The position numbers and the translations under genes are program-made. Source: Bispira polyomma (taxonomy: Eukaryota). From it: 64,000 bases of DNA. The DNA lies in NCBI GenBank assembly GCA_965649765.1, contig OZ287754.1:67828001-67892000 (forward strand). The letters are read 5' to 3'. The notes under the pieces were generated by a model. The model did not search any database. It had not been told where the DNA came from and was given only the letters and a program-made list of their open reading frames with translations. Shown here one piece after another: positions 12,477 through 26,699 of this stretch (positions are counted from its first letter, which is position 1; each line of letters opens with the position of its first letter).

Positions 12477-14180
12477 GGGCTGGTTTCACCAAACCTCTTT
12501 AATTTTCTTCTCCTTTAACTACAGGAAGGGGTTTTTTCTTCCTTTGGTAAGGCCTCCCTTAAATCCGGTTTCACTAAGCCTCCTTTAATTCTACTTACCA
12601 AAGGCTTTTCCCTAAAACTAAAGGAGGGAGATTATCACTGTTATCCAATGAAAATCCTTGTTTCATTGGTAAACAAACGAAAATTATTAGCATTTGTATG
12701 TTGTCAAAATTATGTCAAAACATAAGGGAATTCTTTGGTAATATAACACATGAAATTTCGAAGTAGCAAAAATTATTCACTGACACTTTTACTTTACAGT
12801 GGCCACAAACATATCCAACTGAAAGTTCCATGTGCTAAATTATCCAAAAAAACAACATATGTATCACTGAAGAAATAGTCTGAAATGCATCTGTATACAA
12901 TTGCATAGATTCGACAGGTAAATTTGTATCATTCGTTTGATTATTTTACAACACATGATACAAATTTTCCACAGAATTTTTTCGGTTTGTTTTAATTTGG
13001 TTCTATTTTAAACATAAATATCCCAAGTATGTGTGTATCCAAGTGACAATACATATATTACCCCCCCTCATAAATACTGGTAGTTTGTAGTTTAAAAGAA
13101 AGAAAACATTCACAGAATATATTTTTATAACATTAACATTTAAAACACTATTTTAGTTAATATATATCATAATGTATTATGTCCTGACACTACAGTATAT
13201 ACAACAGAAATAAATAAACAGGTTTTAATTACAAAAACAAGATTACATAATGGCACATGTTTGACCTAAATAGTAAAGCACTTAAATTTTGCTGTGGCTT
13301 GTAACATCTACAGTATTTATAGAATTGGCCATAATAATGCATTTTATCTCACTTTTATTATAAAATTTTAAAACTACCGGTATTTTAATGTTATATGTAA
13401 TCATTGTCATTATTGAAAAGTATACTTATTTTGTAATTCTAATATTGAAATGGCAAATATTATAATGGGGAGAATTTTGTTTGCTTCACTAGACATGGCA
13501 CATGTTTAACCTGATTATTTCAATACTGAGAAAATCCCAGGGAGTGTGGTTGTGTTTCCAAATAAATGCTTAATTAACTTATAGCAGGGAAGACTTAAAT
13601 ATTTAAAGACACTGACTTTGTAAACTTAAATAAAATCCCTATATTTAGAGATTCTAAGTGAGTTTAAGTATAAGCTTATTTTAGAATAGGTATTTAATTT
13701 TGATTTGAGCATAAGCTTAAATTTAGGTTTTATAACCTACATATAGGGATATTGTTTGAGTTTAAGACTTTTTTATGAATATTTAGAATGATCTGTTTAA
13801 GTACTACATGAAAAACTAAAGTTATGGTTGGTACAATGTACAGTATGAATAATTAGGATAAAGATAATTACTGTCAGATAAAAACTTCGCTAACTATTTC
13901 TTTCTCAGATGTTTGCATCACACTCTAATTAATTAACAGGCAAAAAACAGCTGAAAATGTATGCACATATTAAGAAAACACTTGATTATTTATGTAAAGG
14001 AGGAAACTAAGGTACCTTCTGAGTTTCCTTAAGATTTAAGAAATAAACCTTAAATTTCAAGGTCGCCTTTAATTTAAGGAGGTTTGGTGAAACACACCTT
14101 ACTACAGGAAGGAGGAAATCTGAGGAAAACCTTAGATTTAAGGAGCTCCTTTATTAAAGGAGGTTTGGTGAAACTGGCCC
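12477..14180. mobile_element. PIF/Harbinger-type MITE, 1704 bp
   Basis: TIRs 'gggctggtttcaccaaacctc' / 'gaggtttggtgaaactggccc'; 3-bp CTG TSD at 12474-12476 and 14181-14183; subterminal repeats of the TIR motif. Confidence 0.88.
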
Positions 14181-14846
14181 CTGTACCGCTAATGTAACTT
14201 GCCTCTCAGTCAATAATTACTTTCTGGCTGAGGAGATATGGGAAAATATGATTTATTTATTGATTCAAATTCGTACACAAAGTACACATTGTTACAATAT
14301 ATATATTTGAAAAAAGTATACCATTAACGAACTAAAGAAAATGATGAACTGAGTACAGATTTTATAAGATAAACATGTAAATATATACAAATAACACTTA
14401 TTTTACACTACTTCATACTAAAAAAATCTAGCATGAATAGGATCTCATTACTGAGATCAACATGGTCTTGTATAGAAATTGTGTGGTTACCCTAACCCTT
14501 CTCGACTTGTCTGCCACACTAACACAGTCAATCACTATGAATTATTGGTTTTGTCTATCAAACTCAGTCCTTTGATAGATTGAATATTATCTAGTAAATC
14601 GTAATCAAGTTATCTGGGTCAGCAGATCCAAGTCATCTTCCATTCGGTGTCCCACAGGGTTCTGTATGACCATGGGTTCCTTCTTGAGCTTGATTTGTGA
14701 CATCATCAATACAGGAAATTGCACCCAGAAAGGTGTTACCAATACAACATCCAAATGTCAGTTCTCTAATTTGCATAGCATAACATACATACACATTACA
14801 AGCAAAATTGGAAAAAAATACTCTTTAACGTCTTTGATTTTTTTAG

Positions 14847-16700
14847 AAATCGTCTGGTACAACTCAGAACACCAACCTATTCATTAAAGAGTCAGACATC
14901 CAACAGGAAATTGAGAAAAGGTGTGAAGAAATTGAATGGCATGTCAAAAGGATTCAGAGTTTACAACACATGCAACAAAATCCAGGTAATACATTGCAAA
15001 TTTAGTGCCTATATTCACCTGAATAATAATATAAGACTGTCAGCAATGATGAAAAGGAATATTGAAAGGTGTCCATGTCTCTCTTAATGATTAATCATTT
15101 GGAAACTGATACAGTAGAAAATCTAGTTTTTTCCTAGCACTAGGTAAAGTTTGGACAGCTAAAAGCTTCACAAAATATAGGTGTTTTAGTATGAAACAAT
15201 AGGAATAAATTCCAAAACTTAAATTAAAAAAATTTAAAATTTAAACAATATATAGAGGTTTGAGTAACAGTATCTGTATTGAGTTTAAAATGTGACAGTT
15301 AATTGATAACCAATCATCCTTTAGGGGATTAATATCCACGGCAACTGATTCTGAGATACTACCAACCAAAACACATTTTTTTGTAAATATATAGCCAATA
15401 AACAACAAACAGGGTCATTAATCATGTCGATCCAGTGAAATAATACTGTGTTTTTAAGTTTTTGTTTCTTCTAAAGATAATGTTGATGAATACAAACTTC
15501 CTGAGGTAGCATGTTACAATGTTAATTGGGGTATAGTTTATCAATTTAGGCCAAAAAAATGGGTCAACCTAAGAATAACTGAAACATAAATAATTGTTGC
15601 TGCATATAATAGACATATGTCCCATATTACATACTAAATATGTAGAAAAATATAATGAATGGAACTTGTCCAACAAGATGTTCGTGCCCAGTAAGGCTGC
15701 AAACCTGGTTTGCTTTCAAACAGTATCGTCATTTGGTTTATTCATTTTAGTTAAATATATATTTATAAAATTCCATAGACGGCCGAGTTGCCCATGAAGC
15801 TCATACGTCACATTGACTCAGTCAGCTTCAATTAATACTTTTGCATACATTTTTCTGTATTCAGACAATACAGATCAGTTATGTAGATCATCTCGTGAAC
15901 AGCCCATAACAAACCCAGAGGAAGAACAAGAAAGTAATACATCAAAAGACGATCACTCATTGGAGAATTTCTACAGATTGTTTTTGTCAGACTTGAAAAG
16001 GTATCACTTCACTTTATCATGTTATTCCTCCCTTATCTTTAGTTTGCCCTTTGATGTAGTTGCTAGGGCTACAGTGGCCTAGCTGTAACAATTGCAATTG
16101 CTTCATAATCACTGGCCTCTCACAAATGTGGCAGTTATCATAGTTTGGTGGTTTACAGTGTTTCTTCCAACATTTAATTTTGGCATTAAGATATAAAGTT
16201 GAAGGAGATTAATTTTATTAGATAACATTAGTATCACCATATGGGCATTCTGCTATTTACGGATTTATACATTACTGCCCATGCATGACAGCTAATAGTC
16301 TGACTGTTGGATTGTGAACATAATGACTATATATGTTACTCATCAGTAGTACAACCACTTTCGTTCACCAGGCACAGCCTGATATTGTTTCCATTCTGAA
16401 AAGGTTGCCGCCATCTTAGAAAATATGGAAAGACTCTGTGAATTGAGAAGCAGATATAAATTAACATAATAATATTCTACAAATGTTAAGATGTTGCTAC
16501 TGATAATATTACATTTTGATATGGTCTATATACCTAAAGTTGAATCTATATTAAACTGCCGGATGAAGGATATGAAAGAGAACCAGCTGGACATTTTCAC
16601 CACACACTAATAAAACCTGAATACAAATTATTTTAGATTTGCAAATTTCATGAACATTTCCGACATTACTTCCGCCTTGAGAGTGATCAAAGAAGATTAA
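14847..16700 (+). CDS. Three phase-compatible terminal exons of an unidentified gene (14847-14985, 15865-16000, 16637-16700)
   Basis: Canonical AG/GT with pyrimidine tracts; phases 0-1, 1-2, 2-stop; spliced frame open: KSSGTTQ...EIEKRCEEIEWHVKRIQSLQ...ENFYRLFLSDLKRFANFMNISDITSALRVIKED*. Confidence 0.55.
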
Positions 16701-17169
16701 AATATGTGTAGTTCTAATATAATTCTAAAATATACTACTTCCTGGTAAAAAGAAAATACATTAAAACTAAACCTGATCAATCAATTTGTTTTCCATATCA
16801 TTTAGTGGGCACCACTGTATAGGAAGTACATGTCATGAAGTATATAAAAGACATATTTACAAAAGAGTGTGTAAATACACTAGAATATAACAGGAAGGGA
16901 CTTTTAAAAAAGAGTGTGTAAATACACAGAATTATAGCAGGGAAGGGGTTTTACAAAAACTCTACACAAACCTAGATGAACTTGCTAACCATTAGGATAT
17001 CACTTGAGCTAACCAGCTAAAGTTGGCGTTCTACACAATCGACACAATATACAACAATGTTGGACTATTGGCCTGAAAAAAACCCTCATAATGACATTCG
17101 TGATACACACATCAGTCAGCCATTAGACCATTTTTGAGACAAGGATAATAAAATAAAATGCGACAAACA

Positions 17170-17545
17170 GACTTGTTTAGTTGTCACACAACAGTGATTA
17201 GGTCATTAATATCAACTGGAAAACAGCTGGACAGTATTTCCCGTTGCGACTTGGTGCCAAACAAAATAAACTCAGTCTTATCAGAGTTCAGCTTGCTTTT
17301 ATTTGCTGCCATGCAGTGCTGTACATTGACAAAGCAGTTCTGTAGGGAGGTGAAAGCTGCCTGAGCAGAATAAGATGTAAGGTGGATGGACAATTGGGTA
17401 TTATCAGCATAGAAGTGAAAGTTTGTGTTTTTATGCAGAATGAGACGTAAGGTGGATGGACAATTGGGTATCATCAGCATAGAAGTGAAAGTTTATGTTT
17501 TTATGCAGCAATGATCTTGCTGAGTGGAGTGGATTATAGATTAAT
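17170..17545 (-). mobile_element. L2-clade RT fragment with internal 70 bp tandem duplication
   Basis: ORF 17184-17480 with FHFYADNTQL and KLNSDKTEFILFG; 17365-17434 repeated at 17435-17504. Confidence 0.85.
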
Positions 17546-18719
17546 GGTATATTAGGGATTCAAAAAGCCCTATATTTAACTGCCTGAGATAAATGAAATG
17601 ATATCTTGTCACTCTACCAAATATTAATAATGTTTAGTCTTAATATGTTTTTTTGTGTTTCCCCATTCTTTTCTGTTTCATGTATACTAGAATAAGGATT
17701 ATATCCATTTTTCCCCAAGTTAAGATAGTTTATTCCCCCTATTTTATCAATCAGACACCCTGTGCAGCGGGAAGGGGTTGCAACCCACTCACAGGGAGTA
17801 TACAATAATTACAAATTTAACAGTGCAACAAAATGTGAAGCATAGAAAATGATATGTATACTGTTGATTATACCTCTAGATTATGTATTAATATATGCTA
17901 AATAAATACGTATAAAATTTATGCCATGTTTAATCTGTCCACAAAACAGTCAGAGACCAAAGAAATGATAGTAATCCCCCAATGCATTGTATAAATATTT
18001 GAACAGCGCTGAGAGCAAATTGTTTCCTTTTATGTTCTGAAAGAGTGACTTCTCCAGTACACAAAAAAACATATTCTCATAAGCATTGAATGGGTTGGCC
18101 AAATGAAAACAGGTGAAAAGTGCAGAGTCCAAAATACATTCAACACGTACAACAAGTATCTATTGCATATGCATATATGTGCAAGCAGGACAAATATATG
18201 TCTGGTGGTTTAACAGCAAAATTAATCATAACAGGAATATTCATTAGGATATTTAACGTCAATAAATATCATCTTCATTTGTGAGTTATTAGTATGACTT
18301 TGAAAATTATTGTTATTGTATTTTTGGCTGGTTCAGGCCAAGTCATATCTCAACCAACATCTGGTGCGGAATATAACCAGAAATGCGGAGACAGTTCCTC
18401 CAAAAACAGAATATTGGGGAACAAGCTTGAGGCGTTAGAAATCAAGATTAAAAAGTATGGTAAGTCAGAATACCCTGATTGTCTTCTTTGCACATGATAA
18501 TATATACAAAAGGATCTTAAATTCCAAATACAGTCATGCCATAACCGTTTTTACACATTAAACAGTCACTGGCAATAATAGTGGCATGTCCCCTCAATCA
18601 GAAAAATTTAAGAGTTTATGGTAAACAACCCAACCACACGTGTTTATTTACAGTACCCAATGATTGTTTTTTGGGAAATAGCTGCCAATGTTTATTATTG
18701 AACTGAATGGCAAACAGAC

Positions 18720-19445
18720 CAAAAGTAAAATTCTCAGACTGTCATAGCTGCAACATGTTTTCAACACAATCTTCTTCAATGGGGCATACTTGTCAAGGAG
18801 ATTATTCAGGGTTGCAAATATTGATGGCTGAGAAGACTAGCGGTTTTGTTGAGACATTTAATTAGATCAGAACAAAGGATGTCTGACCTAAAGTCTGAGC
18901 ATTTATTATATGAATTCTCCAAAAGTTGAACTGTCGGAAATTACAGAACTCTTTAACTGAAATAGCAACAGCAAAGGTGATTGCCAGGTGATCTGATAAA
19001 CCACCTACAGCTTTTGAGCAAACGGCTGACAAAAAGGGATTCCCTTACACACAGAACATCCAGGGTGTGGGCGTGAATATGTGTAGGGGAATTAATCACT
19101 TGAACAAAACTGTATTGTTTAAGGCTATCGTTTAATTCAGTTGTTATCTGAACGGATGTGCTTTCAAAAGTTTCAGAGCAGGAGAGCAACAGTGGCTTAC
19201 AGCACAAATCATCACAAATAAAGAAACCAACCCCACCACCCTTCTTGGTGGTATGGAGTACATGAGTGAATTTGTAGCCGGGAGGAGTGACACTGGCGAT
19301 CAAGCTGTCTGTGTCCTCAGGTTTGAACCATGTCTTGGTGACTGCGATAAGATCAGCCTTACTCTCCTTTACAAAATCAAGGAAAGCAGCAGACTTGTTC
19401 CTATTGGATCTAACGTTGAGCAGACACCCAGAGAAAAAGTCTAGG
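18720..19445 (-). mobile_element. L2/CR1-clade LINE endonuclease (APE) fragment in FReD intron 1
   Basis: CLLNVRS...DLIAVTKTW...PPGYKF...KKGGGVGFF...PTHIHAHTLDV. Confidence 0.85.
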
Positions 19446-22427
19446 ATCGGGGCCAGGATTTAGACTAACATCACCTGAAAGGATCAGTAGAAATGACACA
19501 TGTGTTTTGATAACACACATTTGTTGACATGTTTCAAAAGCTATGTTAGTTATTTAATTTAATGTTTATATTTTTATCTGTGTTTAGTAATTCCAGATGA
19601 CTGTGTAGATGTCCAAATGGCGAGCCCACATGCAACCAATGGTATCTACACTATTAGGCCATCCGGTGGGCCTAACCGTGACGTGTATTGTGACATGTCA
19701 ACTGATGGTGGTGGATGGCTGGTGAGTTGATTGCTCTATTAGCACCCAAAGAAAAACAGAAACGAATTGATCTTTGTGCTCAAACAAGCTTTTCTAACTA
19801 TGTTATACCAGTCAACAGAATTGTTGTTACTCATCATTTAGATTCATCAAAATGCAATGGTAGTTTTTTAAGGTCATTTTTAAAATAAACTTTTCTCTTG
19901 CTTTATGTGTAGTACATCTAAAAACATATACACCATTGCTGTATGATGAGCATTTTAGAAGGTGAAAAATGTATAATGAAAACATGCCTGCCCATTAAAA
20001 TTAAAGAATTCTTGATCTTGTAATAATGTAATCGATTCATTATTATTCCTGCATATATCGTAAGCATAATATCAGACTAACCCGGACAAACTGACATAGT
20101 TTATGAAACAAAAAGGTAATTTTCAAACCAGCTTAGAAGAGCCCAGTTGTGGTATGCATTGAAACATTTCAGCATATATAAAATGTTATGTTGATGTTGT
20201 TAATCAAAAAAAGTGAAATGTGGTATGACAGTTTATTATGATAAAACTGTAAGTAGTCATTTTTACGTTTTTTTGATATAATAAAACGCCAATAAGGTTA
20301 TTCTGTACTGCCAAACTGTATTTAGGTCTTTGTTTATTCTTTACTGGTCCATTCCTCCAACAAATTTGATGTAGTTCAGTAGTATAACTTGTATTACTGA
20401 TACATAAAATATCTATGCCAGTACACATAAGAAATCATGTGGCAGGTGTTTCAGAGAAGACAGGATTGTAGTGAAAACTTCTACAGGAACTGGAAAAATT
20501 ATCAGAATGGATTTGGGAGACTGGATGGAGAATTGTGGCTTGGTAAGTTAAATATTGAATGTTATTAGTGGTGCCTTTTCATTTTGTCCATTTAGAAATA
20601 AACCACATTATTTACATAAACTGTAATAGTTATCTTTGGGGTTTTTTAGGCAATGATGATTTAGTCCTGATAACAAACCAAAAATCTTATGAACTGAGGG
20701 TGGACCTTGAAGACTTTGAGGGCAACAGCGTGTATGCAGTGTATTCACACTTTTCTGTTAATGGCTCTGATAATACAGGCTGGCATTGGAGGACTACTCA
20801 GGCAATGCAGGTCTGATCATTTTTTTTTTTTTTTCAATTTTTCAAATTATATAATATGATATACAGATAAAAATCAGGAAACATCACATTATATTGCTAC
20901 TATACACACACAGATTAAGCTTTTTTAGAAATACAATGTATTCTCATTCAAGTAGTCGTGGGAATACTTTGTTTTTAATTATAGAAAATAATTAATTACT
21001 GTATTGTGCACCAGCTATTTTTCTTAAATTGTAAACATGATTAACATGTTTTTCTACTTAATGATATTCACAAAAACAAAATATTCATTAAACACTTAAA
21101 CACTGTGAATCTTAATTGGCTCTCCAAATCATGACGTGACTAAAGAAAGTGGATACAGATGGAGGGGACACGCCTGAAAAGGCAGTATTTTAATTGACTT
21201 ATATACCAGTTTGTGCACCATGCAATCAAACATGTTGTCAGAGTTTATTCTGCTTATTCCATGGGTAATGCAACACTTACCAATCCACTATCTTGGATAG
21301 GACAATTAAAATGCTAACCTTTTTGCAAAGTGCGATGTTGGTTGTAACAGAGTTTACTTAGCAATGGCTTCATTGAGATTGATTGATTGCTGGTCAGTCA
21401 AATAGTTCTCCAACTACAACTTTGATTTAATGCATGTATATGTTCAACATATATTTAGCAATGTAGCCATATGAATAATAAAGGCAGAACTAACTTTAGT
21501 TGCTGAAAGTAATGTTCTGTGAAATACAGTATCCTTCACGATAGTTTACTGAAGTCATTGCATTCTCCGGATGTTTTACTGGGATGTAGTTGATGCAAGA
21601 TGACCATGATTTTAAGTTGTCCATCTGAGCCACCATTTACTTGGTTGCACTTTGGGTGTATACAACATACATGCAACTGTGTAAGTGAACCAGCTCAACA
21701 TCATATGGTATAGCATGTAATAGTCAGTCATTCACAAAATATAACCACACCAATGAAAGTCAGTAATCAAGTCTAAAGAATCAAGAGCAACATGTACACC
21801 TGGTGCTGCCAAACTTGGCTTATTAGCAATCTGCCAAAGGCTCTGCTTTAGTGTAAATAAACCAGAAAATTATTGGACCCATTACACATCACATGGGTAA
21901 TCTGTTACAGTTTATTATTGCAGTGGAATTGTTGTTGATAACAGTACATATACTACCCTGTCCTCGCAGTAGAGGTAATTATTTAACAGTGTTAAGATGA
22001 ATGGTTAACCCATGTAGTATTGGGCTGGGGAATCACATATTAAAGAGTAAAATGTTTCATGCCCAGTCAAATTACTTCAAGTGTGCTTTTTAGTGTGATA
22101 ATTAACCGACGAGCGAAAACAATTGGATTGATGTTTTAAAATATCATATATGGAGTAATTTACAGTTACTTTATCTTTTGGTGCTAGACAAGATTTATTT
22201 TCCCATATTCATAAACAAAAAATATTACAGGTTACATATCGTACATAACAACTGATATTTACACTGAAGAACGAACCTACTTTTTTGTTACGGAGGAGAG
22301 CTGTTATAGTAATAAGGACAAAAACACACAATGTGTGTCACAAATGATGATAATGTAGAATTAATTGACTTTAGCTGCTTGTTTCTATAAACAATACTAC
22401 ATATATTTTAAATTTTAATGCCCAAAT

Positions 22428-22709
22428 TATTATTAAAAGATATATTTATGTTATTAAATGTAAAGAAGAAGTTCTTAGTGTAACTGCTGCTATTAACTAC
22501 ATTATATTTTAGTATAATATTGAAAAGTAATCATGTTTCAAAAATGTTGCCAATGGTTTCCATTTATCCTCTAAAATTTCTTCACTGCCACCCTTTTTAA
22601 AAGTGATTACTTTTCAATATTATACTAAAATTTAATGTAGTTAATAGCAGCAGTTACACTAAGAACTTTTTCTTTACATTTAATAACATAAATATATCTT
22701 TTAATAATA
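22428..22709. repeat. Near-perfect inverted repeat, 106 bp arms (22428-22533 / 22604-22709)
   Basis: Arms are reverse complements with about 2 mismatches; 70 bp spacer. Confidence 0.9.
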
Positions 22710-24445
22710 TTCAATACATGATTTACAAGTCTGTTATTGCTATGCCCTGTAAATCCCAGTATAATGTTTTCGGACTTTAGTATGTTGTGTGTATCGAAAG
22801 CAGACTTTAGCTTTTCTGCTATTAAGTACCAAAAGGAATTAATCTTCGAGTAGTACTAAAACAAATGTTCTATGGTTTCAACTTCACTATTACAGAAATA
22901 ACAGCTGTCTGTATCTTTAATTTGCAAAGCTTCAAATACCTATTCGTTGTAAGAATTCTTCGAATAACTTTATACTGAAAATCCCTCGTTCTAGTTTCCA
23001 TCGTGCATTTGTAATTTGTATTATAAAAACACATGCTTTGAGGGTCAAATGTTTCATTAAGGACAGTGGACCATTTTAAAATTTGTGACCTTTCCACTTT
23101 AATGTTTCCAAAGATTTTCCAATGTACACTGTTGCAAACTTTTGACATTTTTAATACATTTTCTAAAAATTTATGTTTAACATGACCTAACTTTGTAATA
23201 CAACTTAATTTCCATTCTTTTGGGTTTGAATGCATAAGGCTTTTGATGTTGACAAAATTGATATTTATGTTAAATTTGGTACAAAAATCATTGTAACCCA
23301 AAAAGCCTTCATTTTTATGCATCAGGTCATTAATATAGCTTAGACCTTTACTTTGAAAATACTGTTGCTTAAAAATTAAGTTTTTGTTTTGAATAAAATT
23401 TGTGTTCCACAAGGAAAAGCATCTACAATCTAAATCTGTTTAAAAATTTAGTTTCCATTCAAACCAATATTTCGTAACTTCATACCAGAATTTGTTTCCA
23501 GTTAAATCCAATTTTTTTGTTAATTGATGCTGTGTCTAATTCTCAGTAGTTTTTTTTTTTTTTTTGTCATACTACCAATAGTGTGTTCAAATAAGTGTTG
23601 CCATGTGCCATCAGACTCTATTAATCTCTTTATCCATGATAGTTTTAATGCACAATGAAAACCCTAACATTAGGTAATTTTAACCCACCTTGTAACACTG
23701 TTTTCTTTAGTTGCGATGCTGGTATGCAGATATTATCCTTCCAAATAAAATTTTTAATAATTTTTTCTGAGATTTGAAATATATCTTCGGAGGGAGCTGG
23801 AGATCAGTCAGTGGGTAATCTAATTTGGGAAGAACAAGTGTTTTGATAACAGTGACTTTTCCAATGAGGGATAAATGATATTTCTTATACTGAAATAAAA
23901 GTTTTTCAATCTTAGTGATAGCATCTTAAAATTAATTTCAACCATATTATTCAAATGCTATCAAACTTAATTCTAAAAAGATTAAAATGTTCTGTCCACG
24001 CTAAGTTATAATCCCTACTTATTGTTGTTGAAGCTGTGTTATTACCAAGACACATACATTGTGTTTTGTCAACATTTATTTTTAGATCTGAGCACAGATA
24101 AAATCTCTGAAAAGTTTGAATAGCTTCCTGTAATGAGGATGCACTTTTGTCAAACAGAAAGAAGGTGTCATCTGCATAGTGACCTATCTTGCTTATTATA
24201 TTGCCCACCTTATCACCTTTAATGGAGTTGTTTTGCTTAATGTCTAAAGAGAGTGGTTCTATAGCTAGTATGAACAAATAAGGGCTAAGCGGATCCCCTT
24301 GTCGACATCTTCTATTTAGATTAAAAAATTTAGAGAAGAAGCCATTATGAACAACACAGCTACTGGAATTTTTATAGAGAAGGTTATACCATTTTATGAA
24401 ATGTTGTCCAAACTTATATGCATACAGAACTTTTCTGATGTAATT
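22540..24445 (-). mobile_element. L1/Tx1-clade LINE ORF2, RT to C-terminus, in FReD intron 4
   Basis: CRQGDPLSPYLFILAIEPL, YADDT, LKINVDKT; C-terminal RDFQYKVIRRILTTN; stops and frameshifts present. Confidence 0.9.
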
Positions 24446-26699
24446 GCTGGACAATCTTTGATATTTGTAATATAAAATAGCATGTATGTAAAATAGTCCA
24501 GTGGATATGATGAATACTATACTCTTCATAACCACTAAATCTTTAATATGTTTTTAGGAAATTCACTGAGTAGTCATAATGGGCATCATTTCTCAACCTT
24601 TGACAATGACAATGACAATAACACAGTTAGCTGTGCTAAGAGTTATAAAGGTTTGTAGATAAATAACTTTACAGATATGTACCACAAAGACTATTGATAT
24701 ATCATCCTTTAAGGTGCTGATTCTAGAAAAGGTACAGTCCTCCAGCTTAGACTTGGTCATTCTCAAGGAAACTGAATAATTTAAGATGCTTCTCAAACAA
24801 AGGATTCAGTTCCATTGTTGTGAATTGGTCTTCTCTGTTCGGTCAAAAGAAGATTATTATAAATTCAAAGGTTACCGCAGATGTTACCTGATGTTAAATA
24901 AGTTTATGACATTACTGAATATGTTAAGCACTTTTACATGTGGTGACTGCTTGGTCAGATACACCTGTTGTATTGATGAAATATTTCTACCAGGAGATTT
25001 CCCTATTCGAATCACTGCTAATGTGTGTTTTCTTAGCTAATGATTTATTTTACACTTGTTCATGTAATTCTATATACCTTCGCTGAAACAGAATTTTTGT
25101 CCCTGTGGATCCATACATACATAGGTATTAGGATTTCAGTCTTTAACTCTTTTAATCAATTTTACATATAAATCAGCATATTCCAAATTTTAGTATAGTC
25201 AATTGTTTAACTTTAAACTATCTGCACCACACCAGTATGTGTTTGTGTATTACTTTTATTTTAATGTCCATTATTTATGTTAACTGTAAAGTAAATGTCA
25301 GAAATTTTACGAAAGAATTTAATTACCCCTTTATCATGAAAATGTCCGATGTAATGCCGCTAAAAGATTGATTGTTGCAATCAAATGACTGGTTTGGGAA
25401 AACATACCAGTATCCAAACCATGCTGTTTTTGTAACAATATTTAGGATATGACAATCTAGTTCTAATTCACCCTTTATTATAACTGACCAAGAAATTTTC
25501 TGATCAACTAAACATCCGTCCAAAAATAAAAGTCTGAATCTGAACATGGTTTACAGAAGGGTTTATATGTAAATATTTTGCAGTTTCTAGAAATGTATTA
25601 TGTTAATATAAATGCTGATGAAATTGTTATGGAAGCATTGTAACAAGGTAACATAATATTACTCTCTGATATTGATATGACTATAGAAATTTACATAATT
25701 TTTAAAGGAGGTTGGTGGTATCATTCCTGTCATGATGTCAACATTAATGGACTGTACCTTAAAGGGCCATACACATCCTATGCGAATGGAGTCAACTGGT
25801 ACACATATAAAGGATTTCACTACTCTCTGAAGTTTAGTGAGATGAAAATTAGACCAGCTGCCTAGGAATGTTAAACTTAAACTGGTCTGAGAAACATTCA
25901 CACATACCGTTGAATTGTATTGTATTGTGTAAATTACATTTATACTGAGAATGTTTATTTACTTTTATCTCGTATTCAAGGCACAATTTACATTTTCTTG
26001 ACTGCACATGCTACAGCCAAACAGTACCAAATCATTTACCTGACTCAAGTGGCATGCATTAAAGAATGTCCCAAAGGGTTATTCATCGACCATTTTAAGT
26101 GATTATCTATCTGGCTATAACTGATCACCCAGGCTTGGATAAAACCGAGGTCATGTCTGTTTCTAAATGACTGTGTTACACATTAGGCCACAGAGATAGA
26201 TGCATTTTAATATGAACAAAATTTACTCTTTCACATTACATTTACCTTAACATGACAAACAATATTAACCAACAAGTCACACATGTGAAAATTCTGTCAT
26301 CAAAAACATTCTGATCAAAAGACACAGTGAATGAATTGCACCAACAAGAAGAACACGCAGAAGAGTATATAAGCAAGATGATGCATTGTCAAAAACTGTA
26401 AAAGCAAATATTCCTTGGTCCAAATTATATGTGTATCTGTTTGGTTGTTCTTGTATAATTCTGATGACAAAAATATTATCTGAAATGTCTAAAAACATAA
26501 CTTATGTTACTTGCTTATTTGTATTTTTTCTATAACAATTTTTGTTCGAAGTTCAATTAAAAAAAAAGAAAACATCTATTCTAGTAGAAAATAGTATAGC
26601 TAGTAGATCTGAATAAAATAGTTTTATCCCACTGTGTTTATCATTCGTGTCTTGTATAATTTTACCTGAGGTAATGGGACTGTAATCAAAATTGCAACT

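Larger units (their letters stand above)
18294..25865 (+). pseudogene. Secreted FReD lectin (ficolin/tachylectin-5-like); exons 18294-18459, 19588-19721, 20446-20542, 20650-20810, 24558-24650, 25708-25865; frameshift in exon 4
   Basis: Signal peptide MTLKIIVIVFLAGSG; motifs [95 protein letters not shown]; all introns GT-AG; exon sum 809 nt is not a multiple of 3. Confidence 0.9.

Noticed and set aside
14640-14665. Part of the unknown gene's upstream exon
   Set aside because: 'ttcggtgtcccacagggttctgt' (FGVPQGSV) is a small L2 RT remnant
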